7,086 nt of DNA from NCBI GenBank assembly GCA_964510585.1, contig CAZECW010000093.1, positions 1-7,086 of the forward strand, read 5' to 3'. A program made the translations under genes and the position numbers. This stretch comes from an uncultured archaeon (GTDB lineage Archaea; Asgardarchaeota; Jordiarchaeia; Jordiarchaeales; Jordiarchaeaceae). This document shows positions 1 through 5,890 of the stretch, in pieces. The notes under the pieces are model-generated. The model was not told where the DNA came from and searched no databases. It worked only from the letters and a program-made list of their open reading frames with translations. Every line of letters begins with the position of its first letter. The first letter of the stretch is position 1.

Positions 1-131
1 TGGTTTATTAGAATGAGTCTCTCCGGCTTCATATCCTTTATACGTGTCGTTCTCCTACATTATTTTTCCCTCAGCCCCACAAGAAACGCTACAAAAAGCA
101 GGATCAACCAGAAAAAAAGCCCAGTTTATCC

Positions 132-878
132 GAATCTATAGACTTGGATGAACTGGTGAAGAAGATTGATAGGGAGGAGAATCTGAACAAAATTAATTTT
201 CTGGTTTCACGCGTATCTTGGTTGAGTAGAGAAATAAACTGCGCGTTTTTAGGGAATTTGAGGTTATTCTCTATTGCCAGAAAAATTGACTGTGAGAGGA
301 ATCTGGATACCGTTTGTGACACTCTATTCAACTTTTACCTGTGCAGTGAGGATGCTGCTAAAAGACTTTTAGAAGAAATTAGTTTTGAGACTCTGATAGC
401 CAAAGTCGTCAATGAGCAAGACTCTGACAAAATTGCCATGCTACTCCATCATATTTATCTAGTCTGCCAAGGGGTTTCGGAAAAAATTGCCAAAATAGTG
501 AGAACCAAAGTTAGACACGAAGAGAGTTTAGAAAAAATCACGGAACTCCTTTTCAAACTACGCCTACTAAAAAGCAGATTCGAAGGCAAGCTACACCTTT
601 TAGAAATGAAAAAGAGAGAACAGGGCCAGAAAGATTACGGAGAAGCACGCTTAACCCGTCTCAGCCAAAGTATTGATACAGAAATGTTGCGCCACATTGT
701 TGAGAGCATCGATTTAGAAGATCTAGCCACAAAAATTAACCTAGAAAAAAACTTCCAAAAAATCTTTGAACTCATCACAGAAATCTCCAAGCTAAGCAAG
801 GAAACAAGCATAGAACTCCTAAGCAAAACAAACCTAGAACACCTAGCCTTAAAATATGAAAAAATCGCAAAACCATAA
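132..878 (+). repeat. Protein-level tandem repeat, 40-aa (120-nt) period, degenerate at the DNA level
   Basis: Anchor Lys at aa 7, 47, 87, 122, (163), 197, 237 (nt 162, 282, 402, 507, 630, 732, 852). Examples: KIDREENLNKI, KIDCERNLDTV, KVVNEQDSDKI, KVRHEESLEKI, KINLEKNFQKI. Confidence 0.75.
144..878 (+). CDS. Hypothetical alpha-helical tandem-repeat protein (~40-aa unit, 5-6 copies); possibly a 5'-truncated fragment
   Basis: 244-codon open frame ending TAA at 876-878. It has a recurring L-x2-L-x2-K-(I/V)-x2-E-x2-L-x-K-I-x2-L-(L/I) pattern. The only candidate start is TTG 144, which has no SD, and the repeat consensus (ESID) continues upstream of it. Confidence 0.65.
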   Translation: MDELVKKIDREENLNKINFLVSRVSWLSREINCAFLGNLRLFSIARKIDCERNLDTVCDTLFNFYLCSEDAAKRLLEEISFETLIAKVVNEQDSDKIAMLLHHIYLVCQGVSEKIAKIVRTKVRHEESLEKITELLFKLRLLKSRFEGKLHLLEMKKREQGQKDYGEARLTRLSQSIDTEMLRHIVESIDLEDLATKINLEKNFQKIFELITEISKLSKETSIELLSKTNLEHLALKYEKIAKP

Positions 879-897
879 TCCGATAGATAAATCTAAT

Positions 898-926
898 AAA
901 AAACTCCAAAAACTTCAGCGGAAAAA
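898..926 (-). terminator. Putative oligo-T terminator region of the glutamate-synthase-like gene
   Basis: Minus-strand T5 (926-922), T5 (912-908) and T6 (903-898) tracts lie 25-55 nt after the TAA stop. Oligo-U tracts are the established archaeal termination signal. Confidence 0.4.
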
Positions 927-951
927 TGGTAAGTGGAGGAGCGGCTCGTTT

Positions 952-2544
952 TTAGCCGAGAAGAATTTTTCTCATCGCTTCCTTTTCCATCTCTTCTATG
1001 AGGGGAATTCCCGTTACTCTTTTTGCTCTATCAGTCAATGAAGCTATGTCGTTTCTGTCTAGGAGGTTGAGCTTCCACTTTCGCACTCCTGCCATCAGTT
1101 GCTTAAGTCCCGTTCCAATCTTGTCCACATAGTAGCTGTAGAGACCTATTGCGCCTGGAGGTATCAAATTGTAGTCTGAACCATATTTTTGACGGAGCTC
1201 AGCGCTGCACACAAAGAATTTATCTGGTTCACCACCATAATTTTTAACAAACTCCAGTGGCAAGGCGTTTTCTTGAGCAAGCTCGGAGAAGTAGGAGGCC
1301 TTCATAACTGCGGTGACCGGCGCCCTCGCCATGGCAATGGCTTTCACAAATGGTGCGCCGTTAAAATTGCTTAAAGCTATGGCTTTAAATATTTGAGTTT
1401 CACTGGTGAACCCACCGGCCATAGCGATATCCGGTATGTACATATTGTTCTCTTTCATTATGTTTAGGCACTGTAAAACCTGTGCTTCTAGAAAAACTGT
1501 AGGCGTGGCACACTCAAGCATCATAGGCACAGGACTCATGCCGGTTCCGCCTCCAGCACCATCAAAGGTGACCAAGTCAACCTTGGCTTCAGAAGCGCAT
1601 TTTAGTGTGAAGGCAACTACGGCAGGTTTGTAAGCTCCAGTTTTAAGAAATACTCTTTTAGCTCCCTGCTCCCTAAGAGAATCCACGTCCTCCAAAAAGG
1701 TTTTCCTCTCAGGCATCCCCACTCTGCTGTGGCGCTCAAAAGATTTGAAGGTTCCCTCCTTGAACGCCTGCTGAACATTGGGGTCTTCAGGGTCGGGAAT
1801 AACGATATATCCTCTTCTCTTAAGGGTTATGGCATGATCAATGTCTGTTACTCGTACCTCGCCACCCAAGGCTTTGGCTCCCTGTCCCCATTTCCTCTCA
1901 ATTGTACTGACTTCCAGTTTTGATAGGGCATACACATCTACGCCTAACCGCTGATCCTCAACATTGGTTTGTATAACAATGTCTCCATGTTCTCCGTCCC
2001 AAAACTCTCTGAATGCCTCAACTCTCTCACTCATGTCTGGAGAGTGTGTAACCTTCCCATTTGTGAACTGGGCTTCAAGATCCATTCCACAAACATTTTC
2101 GCCTATCACCTGCATAGTACCCGAAATTGCCGCGCCGATTGCCAGGCCTTTCCAGTTATACTTGGCTACATAGGTTGAACCCAACGCCGCAGTGAAGACG
2201 GGAATTTTGAGTTTAACGCCTCCTACAACAGTTTCAATATCCACCGCGGGAAATAGGGCTTTGTCGGGGTCAGGCTCTATGCCCTCAGCTCCAAGCACAT
2301 TCACCATTATCTGGAAATCTGACCAATCAACAACGTAATACTTGTTGGAGGCTGCTGTGCTCATTCCAAACTGCTCGGGGAGAGGGTAAAGAGCTTCCCT
2401 TCCTCTAAAAGCAGCTTTTCCAACCTCACAAAGCGACCTACACTCATAAATACAAATGGGACACATACCACTAGTCGGAGACACGTCCTTAACTCTAGTC
2501 TTTGCTCCAAGGATAGACTTACTACTCCAGTCTATTTCCGGCAT
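952..2544 (-). CDS. FMN-binding glutamate synthase family protein (stand-alone GltB FMN/synthase domain, COG0069-type), 530 aa
   Basis: Motifs ERKWGQGAKALGGE, LKTGAY, FDGAGGGTGMSP and IAMAGG match the GltB FMN barrel. N-terminal C28-x2-C31-x3-C35-x3-C39. SD GAGGT lies 6 nt before the ATG. No glutamine amidotransferase domain. Confidence 0.9.
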   Translation of the reverse strand: MPEIDWSSKSILGAKTRVKDVSPTSGMCPICIYECRSLCEVGKAAFRGREALYPLPEQFGMSTAASNKYYVVDWSDFQIMVNVLGAEGIEPDPDKALFPAVDIETVVGGVKLKIPVFTAALGSTYVAKYNWKGLAIGAAISGTMQVIGENVCGMDLEAQFTNGKVTHSPDMSERVEAFREFWDGEHGDIVIQTNVEDQRLGVDVYALSKLEVSTIERKWGQGAKALGGEVRVTDIDHAITLKRRGYIVIPDPEDPNVQQAFKEGTFKSFERHSRVGMPERKTFLEDVDSLREQGAKRVFLKTGAYKPAVVAFTLKCASEAKVDLVTFDGAGGGTGMSPVPMMLECATPTVFLEAQVLQCLNIMKENNMYIPDIAMAGGFTSETQIFKAIALSNFNGAPFVKAIAMARAPVTAVMKASYFSELAQENALPLEFVKNYGGEPDKFFVCSAELRQKYGSDYNLIPPGAIGLYSYYVDKIGTGLKQLMAGVRKWKLNLLDRNDIASLTDRAKRVTGIPLIEEMEKEAMRKILLG

Positions 2545-2550
2545 ACCGAT

Positions 2551-2556
2551 ACCTCA
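2551..2556 (-). promoter_or_regulatory. Shine-Dalgarno site (TGAGGT) of the glutamate-synthase-like gene
   Basis: Minus strand reads aatgTGAGGTatcggtATG. Confidence 0.7.
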
Positions 2557-2630
2557 CATTTTCCTATCAGATCCGAGCCCTCCACTCATCGAGACAATAA
2601 TTTTCCCTAATTCTTTTCGGAATCCTAAGT

Positions 2631-2646
2631 GGAGTACATGTTCTCC
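2631..2646. promoter_or_regulatory. 16-bp near-perfect palindrome, candidate operator
   Basis: GGAGTACATGTTCTCC has 7 of 8 symmetric pairs and lies 87-102 nt upstream of the ATG at 2544. Confidence 0.3.
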
Positions 2647-2880
2647 TGAAGAATTTTGTGTTGAATTGCTCAGCACTTGTAGGGCTCTTGAAGTGTGTAG
2701 TTTCTCGGGGGCAATTAAATCTTTTCAAAGGTTCATTCACCATTTTACGCTTTATATGTGGTTTTGTTTGTTCCAAATGGTCTCAATTTTGATTTTTGGT
2801 TTTTTGTGCTCGGACCGATAGTTCGTTTATTTGGAAACTTGCTTTTGCGTTCCTGCAAAATATTACCCATATTCATAATT

Positions 2881-2898
2881 TTTTATAACTTTTATACC
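2881..2898. promoter_or_regulatory. Tandem TATA-like boxes in the divergent intergenic region
   Basis: TTTTATAAC-TTTTATACC is a 9-bp tandem repeat with 1 mismatch. It reads TATAAAA twice on the minus strand. Confidence 0.3.
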
Positions 2899-3162
2899 AA
2901 TTTTTCTGAAAAAAATGTTAAAGGATGAATTTAAATCTATCGCATTTTAATGTGGATTTGCCACCATTTGCTGGCTTGAGCGCATAATGAAACTAATAAT
3001 TTCATCTAAAGATTTTTTTGTCGAAGAGCGAGCTCCACATCCAAATAAGTGGGCAGTACAAAGCTGTCCCAAAAATTTGAAACGCTCAACGAGTCATAAA
3101 AATCTTCATTTACGAAGACAAATATTTAAAATGTTTCGAGGTATCATTAACTTCCAAAAGTT

Positions 3163-3168
3163 GGAGGG
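3163..3168 (+). promoter_or_regulatory. Shine-Dalgarno site (GGAGGG) of the CinA-like gene
   Basis: GGAGGG is followed 7 nt later by an in-frame TTG (3176), exactly where the conserved domain begins. Confidence 0.65.
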
Positions 3169-3175
3169 TTATTTT

Positions 3176-3958
3176 TTGAAGGCCTTTATTATCGCTGTAG
3201 GTGACGAATTGCTTAGTGGGCGTACTCTCGACTATAATAGTCACTGGGTATCCAGAAGACTTACTGGTCTCGGATTTCAAGTTTCAGGCATAAGTGTGGT
3301 TCCCGACATTTTGGAGGAAATCGAGGAAACTGTAAAGAAATGTTTGGAGAAAAAGGCAAATCTTATTGTCATTACTGGGGGTTTGGGTCCCACACCCGGC
3401 GATATTACTTTAGAGGCTCTATCAAAGGCTCTGGGCAGAAAGATGAGTATTGAGCCAAGAGCTCTAGAGATGATTAAGGACAAGTACCGTCAACTCTTCG
3501 AAGCAGGCCACGTTTCCAGCCCAGAGATAACTGAGGATAGAAAGAAGATGGCAATCCTACCAGAAGGGGGAACCCCTATTTTTAATGCGGTGGGTGTGGC
3601 TCCAGGAGTATTCCTAAGGGAGGGTACAACCAAAATTCTAGTCATGCCCGGAGTTCCCTCTGAAATGATGTATATTCTAGAGATGGCTATCCCCCTTCTA
3701 TCAGAATCAGAAAAAGAGAAGGGAGTTATTAGAATCGCTGAAACGGTGGTGGATATCGGTGACGAATCTGCGCTCGCCCCCCTTCTCAGAAAAGTAATGA
3801 AAAAGTTTCCACAAGTCTCCATAAAGTCTTATCCCACAGGTTTTGGAGAGCGAGTTAAAATGAGAATTATTGCCTCAACCAAAACCGACGATGCTGTGGA
3901 AGGAGATAAAATATTAAACAAAGCCCTCGAACTACTTAAGGCAATGATTCAAAAATAG
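3176..3958 (+). CDS. CinA-like molybdopterin-binding (MCF/COG1058) protein without a C-terminal PncC domain, ~260 aa; likely nucleotide (ADP-ribose/FAD-type) pyrophosphatase
   Basis: Motifs IAVGDELLSGRTLDYN, VVPD, ITGGLGPTPGDIT, KMAILPEG, N-x2-G-x-APG, MPGVPSEM and DESALAP. The start is moved from the ORF-track position 2987 to TTG 3176 because of the SD and the domain boundary. Stop TAG at 3956-3958. Confidence 0.85.
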   Translation: MKAFIIAVGDELLSGRTLDYNSHWVSRRLTGLGFQVSGISVVPDILEEIEETVKKCLEKKANLIVITGGLGPTPGDITLEALSKALGRKMSIEPRALEMIKDKYRQLFEAGHVSSPEITEDRKKMAILPEGGTPIFNAVGVAPGVFLREGTTKILVMPGVPSEMMYILEMAIPLLSESEKEKGVIRIAETVVDIGDESALAPLLRKVMKKFPQVSIKSYPTGFGERVKMRIIASTKTDDAVEGDKILNKALELLKAMIQK

Positions 3959-3968
3959 ACGTAAATTA

Positions 3969-3974
3969 GAGGTG
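3969..3974 (+). promoter_or_regulatory. Shine-Dalgarno site (GAGGTG) of the IlvD-family gene
   Basis: taGAGGTGtaatcATG, within the 21-nt gap after the upstream stop. Confidence 0.75.
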
Positions 3975-3979
3975 TAATC

Positions 3980-5617
3980 ATGTTTAGAAGAATGCTGTAT
4001 CCCTTGTTTAGAGGGGCTGGATTCACCCAGGAGGAGATGCAAAGACCAGTAATTGCTGTAGCAAATTCATGGACAGATGTTGTCGTTGGACACTCACACC
4101 TAAACAAGGTGTCCGAGGCAGTCAAAGCGGGAATAAGAGCAGGGGGAGGAACACCTATGGAATTTAACACCATCGCTCTATGTGACGGGTACTCAGAGGG
4201 ATCCATAGGAATGCGTTATCCTCTGCCAAGCCGAGACCTAGTAGCTGACTCAATAGAGGCTATGGTGCAGGGACACGCTTTTCTCTTCGATGGTATGGTC
4301 TGCATATGTACTTGCGACAAGATTGTTCCAGGCATGCTTATGGGTGCAGCTCGAGTCAACATACCCACCATATTTGTCACGGGAGGACAGATGCGCCCCG
4401 GACTTTATCGAGGAGAAGAAATAGTCGTCTTCGACCTTGCTAAAGCCTTTAGACAAGTCCAAAGTGGCGAAATGGTCCCCGGAGATTTCTTTGAGATAGT
4501 AAGCTCTGCCTGCCCTGGTCCTGGGGCCTGCAATCTTCTAGGGACAGCTACTACTATGGCTTGCATGACTGAGGCTTTAGGGATGTCGCTGCCGGGATGC
4601 GCTACATACTTTGCGATGGAGTACAAAGGGATGCGCATTGCAAAGGAGTCTGGTCTTCAAATAATGAAGCTGGTGGAAAAAGGCATCAAACCCTCTGACA
4701 TATTGACAGTAAAGGCTTTCGAAAACGCCATCCGCGTAGACATGGCTATCGGTGGATCAACCAACACCGCCCTCCACCTACCTGCAATTGCCAACGAACT
4801 TGGTTTAAAAATCGACCTTAAGGACTTTGACAGAATCAGTCGGGAAACCCCCAACTTGTGCAGACTGAAGCCTAATGGTCCACATAATTTTAGTGACTTG
4901 GAGAAGGCGGGCGGCGTTCCAGCTGTAATGAAGAGGCTGGAACCATGGCTACACCTGGACTCAATGACTGTCACAGGAAAAACAGTTGGTGAAAATCTTA
5001 AGGAAGTAGTGGTTAAGGATGATGAGATAATAAGACCAGTTGAACGACCATACATGAATGAGGGAGGAATAGCGGTTCTCTATGGAAATCTGGCTCCCGA
5101 GGGAGCAGTAGTAAAGATATCCGCTGTCCACCCCAACATGCTCGTACACAGTGGGCCTGCCAAGGTTTTTGAGTCTGAGGAAGACTGCCATAAGGCTTTC
5201 GAAAATAACCAAATAAAGCCGGGAGACGTAGTAGTTATAAGGTATGAAGGACCGAAGGGGGGTCCAGGTATGAGGGAGATGCTTATGGTCACTATGAGAA
5301 TCTCGGAAAGCGAGTTGAATCGTTCAGTGGCTCTTGTAACTGATGGAAGATTTTCTGGTGGCACTGCTGGACTCTGCATAGGCCACGTTTCTCCAGAGGC
5401 TATGGAAGGCGGCCCAATAAGCATAGTCCGAGACGGAGACATAATCGAGATAGACATTCCTAAAAGAAAATTAAACATTAAACTCAGCAGGGAAGAAATA
5501 GAAAGTAGACTGAAGAGCTGGAAGCCACCAAAACCCAAAGTAGAAAAAGGGTTTCTGGCCCTATATGCTAAAACAACTTCCTCCGCCAACAAGGGAGCTA
5601 TAAGAGAAATTCAATAA
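3980..5617 (+). CDS. ilvD: IlvD/Edd-family Fe-S dehydratase (dihydroxy-acid dehydratase-like; substrate uncertain), 545 aa
   Basis: Motifs IAVANSW, GH-x-HL, CDG (C68), CDK (C112-D113-K114), CPGPGAC (C184), IGGSTN, RYEGPKGGPGMREM and TDGRFSGGTAGLCIGHVSPEA. It lies 21 nt after the CinA-like gene, so the two are likely an operon. Confidence 0.9.
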   Translation: MFRRMLYPLFRGAGFTQEEMQRPVIAVANSWTDVVVGHSHLNKVSEAVKAGIRAGGGTPMEFNTIALCDGYSEGSIGMRYPLPSRDLVADSIEAMVQGHAFLFDGMVCICTCDKIVPGMLMGAARVNIPTIFVTGGQMRPGLYRGEEIVVFDLAKAFRQVQSGEMVPGDFFEIVSSACPGPGACNLLGTATTMACMTEALGMSLPGCATYFAMEYKGMRIAKESGLQIMKLVEKGIKPSDILTVKAFENAIRVDMAIGGSTNTALHLPAIANELGLKIDLKDFDRISRETPNLCRLKPNGPHNFSDLEKAGGVPAVMKRLEPWLHLDSMTVTGKTVGENLKEVVVKDDEIIRPVERPYMNEGGIAVLYGNLAPEGAVVKISAVHPNMLVHSGPAKVFESEEDCHKAFENNQIKPGDVVVIRYEGPKGGPGMREMLMVTMRISESELNRSVALVTDGRFSGGTAGLCIGHVSPEAMEGGPISIVRDGDIIEIDIPKRKLNIKLSREEIESRLKSWKPPKPKVEKGFLALYAKTTSSANKGAIREIQ

Positions 5618-5692
5618 ATTGCCCTTAGTTGTAGCATTAAAAGACTCTTTATCCAATTCCGTTTGTTAGGGTAAACTCAACCCTTCACCCAA

Positions 5693-5708
5693 TTTTTCAA
5701 AAATTTTT
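5693..5708 (+). terminator. Putative oligo-T terminator after the IlvD-family gene
   Basis: Two T5 tracts (5693-5697 and 5704-5708) lie about 75-90 nt after the TAA stop. Confidence 0.3.
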
Positions 5709-5787
5709 ACAAACATTCTCTCAAAACAAACTGGAGAGAGCTTAAAGATTTAATTTTCGTGAATCCTTGAACCAATATTTCTTTTTG

Positions 5788-5803
5788 GGAAAAGTTTAAT
5801 TCC
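5788..5803 (+). promoter_or_regulatory. Putative BRE/TATA element upstream of the radical SAM gene
   Basis: Purine-rich GGAAAAG is followed by TTTAATT (5795-5801). Further TTTAATT copies at 5749-5755 and 5851-5857 make the assignment ambiguous. Confidence 0.3.
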
Positions 5804-5890
5804 TACTTTAGGCAACACCATGATACCATGTTGTGAAACAGTAACTTGTTTTTAATTACATTGGATTCCGGTTGCTAGGGTTGTGTCTAT

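Noticed and set aside
1-32. Possible start of a minus-strand gene (ATG at 32: MKPERLILIN...) leaving the window
   Set aside because: Only 10 codons are visible and the SD-like sequences are badly spaced. It cannot be supported without the adjacent sequence.
104-826. Antisense ORFs 104-331 and 635-826
   Set aside because: Shadow frames of the repeat gene with no recognisable motifs or SD.
856-1041. 61-aa plus-strand ORF bridging the convergent gene ends
   Set aside because: It overlaps both neighbours and its low-complexity K/F content mirrors the local base skew.
1189-2178. Short plus-strand ORFs inside the glutamate-synthase-like gene
   Set aside because: Antisense to a well-supported CDS, with no motifs.
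2456-2821. ORFs 2456-2821 (+) and 2567-2776 (-)
   Set aside because: No recognisable domain or SD. The first overlaps the start of a real gene. The second ends 22 nt before that start, but there is no other support for it.
2987-3175. 63-aa N-terminal extension of the CinA-like ORF in the ORF track
   Set aside because: It is non-homologous, intergenic-like sequence. A strong SD with TTG sits exactly at the domain start (3176). ATG 3131 is a weaker alternative without an SD.
3277-5592. Long antisense or alternate-frame ORFs (e.g. 3490-3822, 4657-5055, 5080-5592)
   Set aside because: These are typical shadows of conserved coding sequence, Ser/Pro/Ile-rich and without motifs.
2897-5698. Identical 10-mer CCAATTTTTC at 2897-2906 and 5689-5698, each followed by an A tract
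   Set aside because: It is low-complexity sequence in AT-rich intergenic DNA, consistent with chance or generic terminator composition.
5618-5890. Cobalamin riboswitch or other known ncRNA before the B12 radical SAM gene
   Set aside because: I saw no B12-box or other recognisable consensus, only a weak TCTCTC/GAGAGA hairpin (5717-5739). An Rfam scan would be needed to exclude one formally.
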